Assembly (NCBI GenBank): GCA_951406725.2 | Contig: OX597824.1 | Span: forward strand, 1,488,001 to 1,552,000 | Origin: Octopus vulgaris | Taxonomy: Eukaryota | DNA length: 64,000 bases | Direction: 5' to 3' | Shown here: positions 25,221 to 39,317 of the stretch, piece after piece | Numbering within the stretch: position 1 is the stretch's first letter | How the letters are laid out: each line of letters begins with the position of its first letter | Made by a program: the position numbers and the translations under genes | The notes under the pieces: generated by a model | What the model saw: the letters and a program-made list of their open reading frames with translations, nothing else | What the model was told of the DNA's origin: nothing | Database searches by the model: none

Positions 25221-26212
25221 GTATATATAACCAGTTATCTGTTTTTTAAATGTATGAATATATAACATGTATATATAACCAGTCCATCGAATTTGCTGGT
25301 CTTGAAACCAATATGTTTTCTCGTTCAGTTCTTTACCGGATCTAAGCAAGGAAAGAATAAACTCCCACCAATACCTACAGTCATAAATCATATCCGAACA
25401 ACTTCAACAACATAAAAATAATAAAACAGAACGAATAGGAAAGGATATGCAGTGGAACTACTTTGTCCTGTCTACATGAACGGCTATAATGGTTATGACT
25501 GGAATAACATCGACTATAAATCTGTTTGAGTGGCATTAGCAATGCACTAAACAACAGCAGAAGACACTAGCTTATAACCTGTTCTCTCAAGGGATCGCAT
25601 CACTGTTATAATAACGTTGAATGAAGAACAGTATACTGTAACAATGAAAATTTGATTTTCTTTTAATCCATTCAAAGCAATCTGTAATATTTGACGTTTG
25701 AAAATAAAAACAAAATTAAATCTTAAACTAACTTCAAATATTCCTAAGGCGACGTACTCCACGGCTTCGTAATTTTTAAAGAAAATCTGTTGTTTTTTTT
25801 CAATTTGTAACATAATAAAAATGCATCATTCTTTCAAGAAAATGTTAAAACATCGGCACATATACCATTCAACAGGAGACACATTTATTCATATGAATAT
25901 TGAATTTAACCATCTTCCATTTCCATTTTCCCCAAGTACAGGGTCTCATACACAATTCGCAGGTGATTCTACATTAAATATTTCTCACTGCACATCTTTA
26001 ATTTCTCCACTTAAGCATTCGTTAACAAGATGATAAACAAAATAATTAACCTTTAAATATATTCCCTTTTTTTCTCATTGTTTCATCGTACAATTCTATA
26101 ACTTAGTGAACTGGGATGGCAAAATAGACTCAACAATCACTTATTTACAAAATACTTTCTCACGCTTATTATTACCTCATGAAGAAATTGTTCATGACAT
26201 TTCGAAACACAT

Positions 26213-26405
26213 AAGGCGTTGAGCTGGCAGAATCATTAACCTGCTGGGCAAAATGCTTAGCAGGATTTCGTCCGTCTTTATGATCTGAGTTCAAATTCCG
26301 CCGATGTCGACTTTTCCTTTCATTCTTTCAGGGTTGATAAATTAAGTATCGGTCTAATCGATTTAACTCACGCACGAAATTTCAGGTCTTGTGTCTATAG
26401 CAGAA
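26213..26405 (+). mobile_element. Family-B SINE
   Basis: AAGGCGTTGAGCTGGCAGAATCATTAAC...CTGAGTTCAAATTCCGCCGATGTCGACTTT.... Confidence 0.85.
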
Positions 26406-27874
26406 AAAATATTTCGAAACACACAAAAACAAAATGGAACCTCTGATGCATACCCAGATATGTGCACAAGATTTATAAGCTGCTTCCCATGGAATCAGAT
26501 GTCTGGACATTTTCTTCATGCTATAGTCGGGAAGCATTTTGCGTAGATTATATATAATATCCCTTGGAGCAATTCAATAGAAATCGCAAATCAAAAATGT
26601 TGTACTTCGAAGTTCCTCTTTAAGCGTTTGTTCCTAATTTCCATGCAACACATTCAGTTGCCAAACTATTTAACGTTACCTTAATGTTTATAGAATTTTC
26701 AGTCAAAATATTATATCAAGCACCGGGATAGAATTTCACTTGTTTTTATAGAAGACTTCCAGAGCTGAAAAGTATACGAATGGTGCGTATAGTTTGTCAA
26801 CCAATTAATATAACCTTCATCTATTTGATGTTAGTTAATTATTAAACAATTGTGATTGTATTTTCTATTCATATTTTGTTTCCAATCGAATCAAATAGTT
26901 TTCCTTTGCAATGTCGAATCCAATCGAGAGCAATTTTCTAGTTTATGAAATTAGTGAATAAAACCCGTATTAGGATGGACACCAAATTGTCAGTCATGTT
27001 ACTAATTCTATTATACTTATGCTTTTGAAGAAGATTGTCAGGGTATCTGCCATGAGTGAAACAGTGAACCTTAGTCTCAAATAATTCCACCACTCTCCCC
27101 CTCATAAAAAAGAAATAGTAACAGAACAAGAAGAACAGACATTTTGGTAATTTATTAAAATGGACACAGATTAGATTCATCAAACACAATGGCAATTATA
27201 TCGTTAACAAGAAAAAAATGTTTCTGTAAGCTAACGTTACTAACACGATATACAATACAATACACAAGGACAATAATAACAATAGCGACCACAAAACAAA
27301 AACAACAAAAAACATGAGAAAAAGCAGCGGTAGTGAAAGCAATGTAAATAATAATAGTTTTGTATGGAGACACAATTACTAAAATTTGCAATGTCAGGCA
27401 AGTAAATATCTAAGGATGGATAACATCACAATGATGTTTCACTGTAATCGATGAAGAATATCTATGCTTCTAAACGTGAATATAGACTTGAACATGTGGT
27501 TGATTTATAAGAACGTTGGAAAGTAGGAAGATATTAATGATGGTTGCTCCCACTGGAGACCGGAATTGAACAAGGATTTACAAAGGTGACAAGTCAGGCT
27601 AAGACTTGTTGATACAGAAAAGCAATATTAACCTAACAAGGCGCCTGGACCAGTTTGGCAAGGTTGCTTTCAATTAGAATCACTGTAAACAGGATTGCCA
27701 CTCAGATGGGGCGGGGTGTTCTGTAGCCATGGGAGGGGAGCTGCTCTACAAACATCATTTAAACAAAACTTTTCAAGCGGACATCTATGGTCCCAAGAGA
27801 CCAACAAATGCCTCCTTTTTTCCTTATCCCAAGCTATATACACACACATATAAGTATGTATGCATTTATGTATG

Positions 27875-27924
<50 letters not shown>

Positions 27925-27925
<1 letters not shown>

Positions 27926-28117
27926 GGAGAGTTTACGGAAAAAACAAAAGACGAAGACAAGTGGTGTACAAAACAAACAGATGTATTAGTATAACGCTCA
28001 GGAATAGAAAATGTATTTTACGTTTCGAGCTTACGCTCTTTTACAGAAAGAGACACAGAAAAAACAAGGAGAGAAAGCAAATGTGTGTAGTGGCTAACGA
28101 TCTATCATGGCGTCTGA
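27925..28117 (-). mobile_element. Family-D (TA)n-embedded repeat with a hammerhead-like motif at 28016-28050
   Basis: Homologous to 4155-4350; minus strand TTT-CTGTAAA-A-GAGC(GTAA)GCTC-GAAAC-GTA-AAA. Confidence 0.75.
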
Positions 28118-28135
28118 TATATATATATATATATA

Positions 28136-28440
28136 AGCAATAATAAATCTCTGTGCGAGGTATAAGCAGTAACTGCAGGACAATGCGAAGTATATTTGCC
28201 ATCTAAATGTGGCTAACCACTAAGGGTGTATGTTACTGTAGCGTGCAGCCTCAGGAGAACATCTTCCAGTTGGCTATTGACACACTGTCTGTGCCCTATT
28301 GGTGGCTTCCCTTTGCAAATACCGATAGGGCACAGAAAGTGTGTGAATAGCCAACTGGAGAAGATGTTCTCCTGTGGCTACATGCTACAGTAACATACAC
28401 CCTTAGTGGTTAGCCACATTTAGATGGCAAATATACTTCA
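28136..28440. mobile_element. (TA)n-embedded fold-back element: 51-bp leader plus palindrome (28187-28303 / 28321-28439)
   Basis: GAAGTATATTTGCCATCTAAATGTGGCTAACCACTAAGGGTGTATGTTACTGTAGC... is mirrored by ...GCTACAGTAACATACACCCTTAGTGGTTAGCCACATTTAGATGGCAAATATACTTC; 17-nt spacer. Confidence 0.92.
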
Positions 28441-28448
28441 TATATACA

Positions 28449-28518
<70 letters not shown>

Positions 28519-28723
28519 TGTCATCCTTGAGATTGCGGCCATTTCGCACCCTTCATCGTGTTATTATACTTCTCCGTATAATAAATTACACTGATTTGCA
28601 TACTACGCATTATGCAATACAATTGTGCATTTACGTATCAGTGCAGATAGGGAAAGCCAGCTCATCAGATCACCAGATCATCCTGATTACACCAATTCTT
28701 CAACACTAAGTATGCATGCAAAA

Positions 28724-28802
<79 letters not shown>

Positions 28803-30360
28803 CAAGGTATGCAAGGTCGATACAAGTGGTTAAGCAAATATATTAAATTCTCATAGGTTCTGATATTTATGGTTTATATAATCCTCATCAAATAATCTCA
28901 TCGATTGGATCTCATGGATTTCAGCTGCATCAAACTCTGCATTATACTCCTCCTACCTACTGAATTACTATGTGGTTTGTTAATTTTGTTCGCTAGAGGA
29001 CACAGAATTCTATAAATCTATATTTTACACTACAAATTTATATGTATATATAGGTTCGAAACGAGATTCCATACAAGGTGTACACAATTCGATAGATTTT
29101 GTTTATTTTCCCTGCGTGCATAATCAAACAAAGCATTGTTTGGACGAATGAGCAGTGTTGGATGTAACTTATATTCTGCGCCCCCCCACACACACATACA
29201 TATGCACTCCCACATACACACACATACACACATTTACGCACATGCATATTTTAAGACAGCAGAACTTAGAAAACTTAGTAAAAGTTACCATCATGTACTT
29301 AATAAGTTCCTGTACAGCCACAGTATGGAAGATAGGGCCTGCGGTTAAATACTAGTGAACTTAGTAGTCAGAGAACAGGAAGAAAGAAACATCGATTTGT
29401 TTCGATTTTCGTTAAAGCCATGGTCAATTTTCGTTTACTCACCCCTGGCTGATGAGAAACAGTTGTTATTGCGAAATTTGCGGACTATAGCTTTTTTTTT
29501 TTGTTTTTAAGAATGACCAAATAATCGTTAGTCGATCGGTTCATGCTTTCTGGCCGACGGGGCTAAACATATTATTTCTGCAACAAATGTTTGTAAATTT
29601 CGTTGCAACTTTCATCGTGTAAAAGCAGCAACACGAGCTGCTTTTAATGTGTGCGTGCGCACATAAAATATAAGTTTACTTGAAAGGTTCATCTTGCAGA
29701 TCCCATGGGATGCATCCCCAGTGATATTTCTAGTGTCTCGGAATATTTTTATCTTTCAACATCAGATTCTCCCACTCACTTGACTCAGTCAGGGTTGATC
29801 AAGACCCATCTTGAATACCAATAGCAGCAAACTACTGGCCTTCTCAAATCATCCCAGAGTCATGTGCGAGATGCATAATATAAACTGATGAAAACCACAC
29901 ATTTCATATAAATGCCAAGAGAAGCAAAATAGGTAATATGAAACGAAAACCTCTGATTTAGAAAGCATGAAATGTGAATCAAAGCTTTACACTCTGATAA
30001 ACTGATGGTTATCACGTGGTATACGCTGCGCATTGATTCGAGTTCCGCTGTTGTAGCAGAGATTATGAGCTAAATTTTATATTTCATGAATTTGTGGTCA
30101 GCATTTCATTTCGATCGACAGATGAACCTTATTTATCTCCTCAAATTTTCTGGAGTCAAGTTTTTGTCGAGATTTGTAACTGCATGTTAAAGGTCATTCT
30201 AAAATATCTTCCGGAGAAAGCATCCGATCACACAAAGACTATATGGTTGCTTAGTGAATAATTTTAGAGAAGGATGCGTGCAATTTGTAAGACGTTGCTG
30301 AAGAGTAAGCGAGGAACATATTAGTGATACTCTTTGATGGAGCTCTTGATGTGGATATAT

Positions 30361-30694
30361 ATGACGTTTGGTGCCGTCAGCCGTGAATGTGACGCTAAGC
30401 CACGCCACATCTTCTCTGAGAGCCTCAAGCTGAACACTGACGGCTGCATCCTCAGGCCTGGCTGTTGGAGGATTTATTCAATCACACAATACCTGACATT
30501 TAACCTCCTAACTTGCCTGAGTGCGACCCCTTCGACTTCTTTGGTTGGGGTGGGGGCGGTAAAACGGGAAACCAACTTGTTCAGCTACAGCAGAAAGAAC
30601 AAGGTGAAGGGCCTAAACCGGGAGATAGTGACGAAGGCGTGTGACCGGTCGCCTGGAAGATATCATCGAGGTCAAAGGCCAGTTCGTCGAGTGA
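30361..30694 (+). pseudogene. Decayed Tc1/mariner-superfamily (maT/DD37D-like) transposase catalytic domain
   Basis: Across frameshifts: MTFGAVSRECDAKPRHIFSESLKLNTDGCI ... PPNLPECDPFDFFGWG (cf. PPNSPD.NPLD..VWG) ... AVKRETN ... IVTKACDR/GRLEDIIEVKGQFVE* (cf. RLEAVIEA.G..IE*). Confidence 0.75.
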
Positions 30695-31125
30695 AGACAA
30701 ACTGACCCGAATTTGACGAATATATATCAAAAGAAATAAAAAGAGTGTTATGTTTGTTCCTGAATCGTCATGCGAACGAACATTATAATATTCTTTGGTA
30801 ATGTTCGGCTGCACAGTCTAGATAGGATCAAAGTGAATGGAAGACATAACTTTAGCAGGTTTAAGTTAATAAATTGCCTAGAAAGTCAGATAATAAAACT
30901 CAGGAATTCAATGAAGAATACTGAATTCTAATTGTTGGATTTTGGACATAGGGCCATTTGCATTTAGAATGCTTTCACGTTTCATAACATTTTATCAAGT
31001 GTTTCGACTGCATTTCGAAACAATTGAAATCGCGGCTATCTGTAGGCAACGGATTTCAATAACCTCAGCTTTGAATAGGGACTTTGGAATACATATATAT
31101 ATATCGCTGTATATAAATATATGTG

Positions 31126-31157
<32 letters not shown>

Positions 31158-32924
31158 GGGGAAAGAGAGAGAGAGAGACATTGAGACACATATGTCCGTG
31201 TGTTAACGTAGAGTATAAATATGTAGATTAAGAGAGAAGAAGAGGGAGAGAAAGAGAGTGACGGACGGACAGGGAGAAAGTCATTGCTATTCTAATGGTT
31301 TATTGCACAAATGATTTAATAAGCCGGAGCCATATTTCCTCGCTACTTCATCCTGCTGCAATACCGAGGAAATGACCGCCGGCTTCTTGAAATATTTGTA
31401 TATTAAAACATAAGAATTCTAAAATATTTAACTCTTTGCACTTCAGTCTAAGTTATGATGTTCGAACGCATCTTGCATAGGAATTTAGGAGGGAGGTAAT
31501 AACCCTTTGGTAACGAGTCGTACGTGCCGCCACACATACACACAATCACACACAAATACACACATCCCCTCACCCACGCTCACACACAAACGCACACACA
31601 CTCATACAAACACAGAAACACGCTCATTCACTCACATACTCATACCCCCTCACACATATATCCACACGCTAGGTCAGGTTTATAAAATACCCCGGTACTA
31701 TCAAGGGCAAGAGCTTATAGATATGCTGTTGCCTTTGTACACGTTTTGTTTGCAGCAAAAAGGGAAAGGAAATAAATGATTTATTCGTCTCTACTTTCCA
31801 ACCGCATCTACCGAACCCATTCAATAACGCATCCGTAATAAAAGAAACAAATATCTCCTTTCAATATCCGTAATTTCTTCTATAAACATATGTTTTCAAT
31901 CCCAATTTACGATTATAATTCACACCGTATTGATTTCATGTCAGGTTAGTTCTTTTCTTAAGAAAAGAAATCATTTTCAATATAGATTGCTTATGTAATT
32001 GTTGTGTAATTCAAAGAGTTCCTTTCATGTATAATTAACCACTTCCCCATTACACATTTAATCATCACTTTCCTGTGAATGCATTCTCAGCTAAAACATT
32101 GTCACCGTCGTGTTTGCCTCTCTAATGCGGGTCCTAGAGAATAAATAATTACGAAGGAGATTAGGGTCGATTAAATCAATGTTCTCCTTAGGAAAAGAAT
32201 TTCTTTTTCTATCAATATTACATATCATAATTACTTCTCGTTATCCTTATTGCGTTAGATCGCACGGACATCTGTCAAAATCCCTTACCCAGGCTTTTAA
32301 TCGTCTTTATTCAAGTCAAACCACGTTCAAGATATACTAACATCGTACGTTTTGATGTCTGTCCTATTTTCTTTAAACCAGCAATGACCAAGTTTGGATG
32401 TTTCCTATTGTTGTTGCTGTTTCAGCGTTTAAATTTTGTATTTTTATATTATTCTGTTTTGTATTTTATATTTTTGTTTGTGTTCAGAAAAGATAAGAAG
32501 AAAACATGGAGATAGATCTATGTTGAGAATCTTTAAAATAAGTCATAACTCGCGAGCGAGTATGGCTTGGTAATACTCGCAATATATTCGCTATTTGTTT
32601 TAGATAATTAGGCAGTCACGCGTAGGCATAGTGACCCTCTCGACTCTCCCATCCTTTGTCTCCACCGCCCCCAAACAGTACACCCACGACGTTACACCCG
32701 AACGGTAATGAAAGAGATGTAACAACACTCAGCCGGCGCTCATTTTCAGCTGTGGGGAGTGGAACAACGAAATGCCTTCCTCTAGAATACAACGCAGTGC
32801 TGCGTCCAGGAATCGAAACCACGACTTTATGATCATAAACCAAGCATTCTAACCACTGGTTCACGTGTGTCTTCAGTTTGTTAATAATGCAAAGAATATG
32901 TCAATCAGCAGACAAATAATTTGT

Positions 32925-33335
32925 TTCTAATATTGGCGCAGAGCTAGCAAAACTGAGGAAGAAATAAGTCGATTACATATCGACCTTATTACATGGTTTT
33001 TATCAATATTCCACGGATGGAAGTTAAAGATGACTTCGGCTGGATTTGAACTCAGAACATAATGAGTCGCAAGGTATGTGACATTTTCTCCGAACTGCTA
33101 AGGATTTTCTCAGTTCGCCTTCTCACAGTACTCACAACATTAATTTCTAACCCAAGAAATTGGGGGGAGAAGATTCTACTCGATTACATTGACCCCCAAT
33201 GTTCAACTGGTATTTATTTTATCGACCCCGAGAGAATCGAAGTGAAGGTTAACACCGCTAACATTTAAACTCAAAACGTAAAACCACTCAGCATTTGGTC
33301 CGGTACGGTAACGGTTCTGCCGGCTCGGCGCCTTA
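32925..33335 (-). mobile_element. Two tandem decayed family-B SINEs
   Basis: GGATTTGAACTCAGAAC, GGTATTTATTTTATCGACCCCGA and TTCTGCCGGCTCGGCGCCTT motifs. Confidence 0.7.
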
Positions 33336-33371
33336 CAACACATAGAATAATAGAACATTAGACAACTACGA

Positions 33372-33457
<86 letters not shown>

Positions 33458-33510
33458 CATACATATACATACAAATATATATATATATATATACACATAT
33501 ATATATAAAT

Positions 33511-33543
<33 letters not shown>

Positions 33544-33549
33544 CACATA

Positions 33550-33596
<47 letters not shown>

Positions 33597-33598
<2 letters not shown>

Positions 33599-33682
33599 AT
33601 TTTCCTGAGCGCCTAATAATAATAATACTGTAATTGTTCCACGTGTTGTTGTTTTTTCTGTTTTCCCGTTTGGATTAACCTT
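33597..33682 (+). mobile_element. Terminal fragment of a family-D-related repeat inside (TA)n
   Basis: TTTCCTGAGCGCCTAATAAT...GTTGTTTTTTCTGTTTTCCCGTT resembles the minus strand of 27925-28005 (TTCCTGAGCGTTATACTAATAC...TTTTGTTTTTTCCGTAAAC). Confidence 0.5.
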
Positions 33683-35401
33683 ATATATATATACATGCAT
33701 ATACACACACATATATATTATATCATAATATATATGCGTGTGTGTGAGTGAGTTCGAAATAGAAGTAATTATCTACGGTGTATTAGGTTTTCTTTTCTAA
33801 TAATCAGTTTGAAATTGGATAGGGACTGTTAATAAAGTGGGTCAGTCTTACTAAAAGAGTGTTCATATAACTTGCGTTTCTACCGGTTACCTGCGCAGCC
33901 CAAAATATTCGTTCCTAATCTTGCTTTATGCTCATTTAGCAAACCGAAGCTAATTGTTTGGGAAAAATCATTAAAGCACCTAAACAGCATGCTATAGGAA
34001 ATGGCTATTGGCGCCTTATGTCTGAGCTCAAATCCGCCGATGTCATCTTAAATTATCATCACTCTGGGTGCGGGAAAACAAAATATCAGCGTAATGACCG
34101 GGTCAGTGGTGTTGGCCAGCTTCAACTCCTTCAAAACTGCTGGTTTTGCCTCTAACTCACGAATTTAGCAAATCTTATTCAGAATTAAGCAAATCGCAGG
34201 TTGCAACTTAGCAAACCAAAACTGCTTTTCATTTACAGCGATGTCTCTTGTTCGGTTAAAAACATGGTTTGTGATCTTACATCCTTATCTACAGGAATAG
34301 TATAACAGTCAACAACTCTATCCTGTTAAAAAGGAAGATTGAATATTGCAGCACTATCGCTCTCATACTAAAAAATAACTGCATCGATTAACGTGAAATA
34401 TTATCAGAATGAGAGAAGGATAGTATGTGTGGATACGTTTTTGAAAAGGTGATTGTATAGAGATAAAAAACGATAAAAGCAGGCGCAGCGGCTATGGCAC
34501 ATTAAAATTAAACTTGTGGTTTTGAAATCTAGCGACTTTAACCCTTTGTGGCTTTATGAAAGTACCAAACGATAGCGAGCTTGCTACATGATCTGATGGT
34601 ATATATAGATAAAGATTATCTACTAAAGCATCGCAAAAAAAGTATTGAAGCAATATTATAATATCACACTTGATAGGAGATGAACTTTGGCGTATTCAGC
34701 TGAATTATAATTTTTTTTTACTTTTCCTCTTGTCATATCGGTGAATAGATATCAAACGAAAACTTTTGATTAGAATGAAAAACAGAAAAAAAGAATTCCA
34801 AACAAAAATAAAAGCAAAACTACATTAACTTGAAATGAAATGTGATTTTTCTTAATGCATCTTTATTTCCGTTTTGGATGTGTATTTATTTGTACATCGA
34901 TAGATTTATTATGAGACTGGCGTATTTGTAAAGTGGATTTTTCTCTCCCTTAATTAGACACCATATAACACTCTTCAAAAGCAGACATCACTAGCTGCGT
35001 TAAGAAAAAATACCATTAACATTTACGTCTGTATGGAAGACAATGGCAGTCGTTAAACATATGGAGTAAATAAAAAAAAATGTAATGTCATTTTGGATCA
35101 ATATAAGTAAGACAACACTTGGAGTTCGAGTCTAAGAACCAGCTTAGAGTCTTAATTAGAGTAATGTTTTTCTTAATAATTAACATACATGTAAATTGTA
35201 TTCCCCAACATAAGCGTATGTGATGTTATTTTTCTTAGGAGAGCTCAAGTGTAAATGAAATCAGTCTCATATATCAAATATTAATAATCTGTTATCTTCA
35301 AAAATAAAAAAGCCAGTCTGTCCTGTTTTATACATTAATACCGACACCCATGTCTATGTACGTCCTTCCCTCACTCACTCTCTCTCTCTCTCTCTCTCTC
35401 G

Positions 35402-35445
<44 letters not shown>

Positions 35446-38400
35446 TATATCGTATACAAACACACACATATATTATATACATAGACTTATGCACACGCAT
35501 GTATGCACACATATTTGTACATATACATATACCACATTTATTTATGTCAATTATTCATATTAAATGTTTTATAATTCATCAATACACACACTTATACATA
35601 CATACATGTATACGTACATACATAGATACATATATACATACATACTTACATATGTGTATATATATATATATATGCACGTATTTATACAATAGTCAGTCAA
35701 AGCTCTATATACTTCCTATATCCCTGAGTGGTAATTTAACTACCTGCAATCAAAATAAAGATCAAAGTTCAACATTAGATGTGAACAGAATTTTCCACTT
35801 CTTTTCTGAAAGGTTATTTCTATCCTCAGCTGAGTGAACTCTTTCTTTCGCTCATAAAATTTTGCTTCGCGTTTAATAATTACATATGATACCTTTGTGA
35901 GTTGGGTTACATTTTAACTCGATCATTTCGGATGATGACTGGCTAATGTACTTGACTCTAATTGCTTAATTACTCACTCACCAATTAAGAATTACGGATT
36001 TATCTTCTAAACTGTATTTCGTTAAATAATATGTATATAGTTTGAAGAAGTCCTTTCGGTCCTCATGTTCATGTATTTGTGGAGAAGACATCAATAAACC
36101 CGACTTGGCACTGAAAGATAACTGCTGCCGTATGTTCTGGCCTTAGCAAATATCTATGTTGAAAGTTGAGCACATGTTGATAGCCGATGTCTTCTATACT
36201 CTCTCTGCACTCGCTGAAAATCATTACCTATTTTCAAAATATATTTTACACCATTAGTTATCTCCCAGTGATCGGTTAATAGCGATAAGTAATTTAACGA
36301 TGAAATATCTTTTTGATGAAGTCTCGCTCCTCGGTTGGTGATATATTTCATTGCCCGAACATTAGGTGAAAACTTGGTCATTGCAAGCTGTTTCTGTTAA
36401 TGTTCAAGCACATACATTTTCACCTGATCAATGTTGAATTATAGCTTACCTATCATTATATGTGCGTGTATTTGTTCTTTTTGTATGTACGCGTGCGTGC
36501 GTGTGTGATGGTACCTAATCTTTCTGAGTTCCCGACCATATCGTTGTGAGATTGATTCATGTAACGAGTCGTGCGTTGTTTCCCTTAGCAAGGGATTCAT
36601 TTAATGTCGCTTCACTTTCCTCAGATGAAACGACTAACAGACACGTTTTGCTCCTCTTCTCGTATCTTGAGAGGTCTGCTCGGTCAAGAGCGCTTGTACC
36701 ACGATGGTGTTTTATCTCATGATAACATAGGCACCCAAATCAACTTGCGGAAGATATAGTACTGGCTAGCAATCCGTACTAACGTGCAAGTGGCTGCTAT
36801 AGCGGTTCTCGATGCAATGTAAACTCAGAAAAATTTTCTTTATGCAGAGAAGCCGATTCAGTTCTTTGTGTAGTTAAAATTATCTCAAATAAAGAAGTCT
36901 TTTCACGATCGCAACCCTTCTGTAGACATTTAAAAAAAATTATTTAATGCAATACTTGCAAAGTAAGGTATTTTCTTTTGTGATCCATGATCGTATATCT
37001 TTTAAGAGTATTGATTTTCTAAAAAAATACACGCAAAGCTATACATTGTCGGGATAAAGTCAATTAGAAGGACGTCAGCACTTAACGAAAGCCCAACTTT
37101 AAGTTGTCAAGATTTAAATTCAGAATGTTGACGGTTGTAACTAAATACTGCTAAATACTTTGAGCGATGCACCAACGAGTCTAAAATTCCACAAGTCACA
37201 AAACTTCTAAGAATATCAAAGTTTAATTGTAAAGCAAATATAATTAAAGCATTTGTTTCTTATTTACCCAGAAGATTTACAATTTTAAGGGAGTTTGTTG
37301 ATCTCATCGCCACTGGTACGTAGCTTTATCGATCTTGAAGGCATAGAAGATACAACTGATCTTGGCCGAATTGGAATTCAAAATTTATACTTGGAACATA
37401 TATCCCAAAGCAATTTTTCCCATTCTCTAACGATTCTCCCTCTCTATTAGTGCGGGAACTGACAGAAGCACGAAAATGTCATGCTATAATTCTTCCGGCA
37501 TGTTGCCTTCTGAGTTCAAATCCCATGGATTGAACTTTCCCTTTCGGAATTGGTGCTGGGTTCTATGGCAGTAGTTCGGGATCGGTACTGGTAATTATGG
37601 CAGTAGTTCCTACTGATAAAAAAATTACTGGCCTCGTGCTTAAATCGAAAACCAATTCAATTAAAATATTAAAGTATTTTTCAGTCTCTATTTAATGAAA
37701 CCAATTACTTTTTTGTAATCGCGTTTCTTTTCATTGGAGAAATGCGGGGTACCGCATTAAATGTCTTTCAGGGTTTCCAGAATTCATTCTCAGAATATTT
37801 CGAACTAAAAACATTGCATCATATTAACATTTACAAGATATCTCTTTGATGGTCGATTCCATCAAATATAACCCTATTTGTAATGTTGTGGAGTTTAGTA
37901 ATACGAAAAGCGAAATCAATTATATTTCTTCTCTATACAAAGGGATGTTGAGAGGTTTTATACATTTAGATAAAAAAATTATGAATTATTGCTGTAAACG
38001 TATAATTATTCAATAATCAAACTATTTATGATGAAAGAAAACACCCAGTCAACGAGTAAAATAACTCCTTTCATATAATAACAATGATGTAATCTAAAAG
38101 AGACAATTACTTAAAATCCTTTTGAACATTATTTGTTTTTTGGGGGGAGGGGAGCATTTAACAATTTTTGTATTTGTTATTATTAAACACGAGGCCAAAT
38201 TGGTGGTAGAATTATTCATCTCCATTGCATCATTTGTACATATTTATTAACTTCGGGACGATGAAAGGAATGCTTTAATGGAAAATGACTATTTAGACTT
38301 GCGATTGTTTATATTTGTTCTTTCGTATTATTGGCTCATCGCCAACGCGACAACATCACATTCTCTCTGTTCTTCAATTTTAGATGAACAAAAAGGGATC

Positions 38401-38934
38401 GAATTATTAGCAACTTACTACTCCCGTCGTTAAAACTGAAATTCTTGCAATTTAGAATTTTCTGATGAATTAATTGTTGCCAATATAGACTTGCTTGTTG
38501 ACAGGAATTTTGTATTTGCCATCCTGCTTATATTTGTTGGTTATCACTACGAACAAGACTTTAATAAGATTCGGTGTGTACGTCTCCATATCAACATGAG
38601 GAAGAATCTCTCTAACGCTTTAGACCAGACAACGAGAGAGATCCACTTGAACTGCAACAAATCAACCGGCGAATTCCCCCTCAGGTTACATCCTTGAAAT
38701 CTTAAGAAAAGAACGACGTTGTTCTAAATTCAGCAAAGTACAGCATGGCTATTTTGCGGCGCAAAACCCAGCTCAGTCAAAACCGATCAGTGAAAGAGGA
38801 ACGTAGTGTTATGTGTTGATATAAATATCAACTTTCAGGAAAAAAAATGAACTGAAAATGAATTATACAGTAATACAATGTTATCGTTTGAAACTCATAG
38901 CCTTTGATATATATATATATTATATATATATATG

Positions 38935-39012
<78 letters not shown>

Positions 39013-39101
39013 ATATATATGTATGTATATATATATATATGTATATACATATATACATACATATGTATATATATATATATACATAGATACACACACACAT
39101 A

Positions 39102-39155
<54 letters not shown>

Positions 39156-39195
39156 TACGTATGCAATAATCTGACTAATAAATTGATTCCCTTAC

Positions 39196-39317
39196 CTTTA
39201 CAGAAACGCTGACAATTCAGTGTACAAAAACTTCATATCAGATGGGAAACAAGTCTTTGATGCCGGGTCGTTTGAAGTTCATTGATGTTAGATTAATGTT
39301 ATCAACCTCTTCGTTTT
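39196..39317 (-). other. Candidate non-coding (UTR or lncRNA) exon
   Basis: Acceptor TTTTCTCATTTACTTCTAG| and consensus donor AAG|GTAAGG flank 122 nt with stops in all three frames. Confidence 0.3.

Noticed and set aside
27630-27710. PNKAPGP...GLPLRW resembling the LINE RT N-terminal KAPGPDG motif
   Set aside because: Probably a decayed LINE, but too short and broken to call from sequence alone.
29449-29480. CTGATGA...GAAA hammerhead-like words (also at 15048, 55270 and 23188)
   Set aside because: No pairing stems I, II or III; expected by chance.
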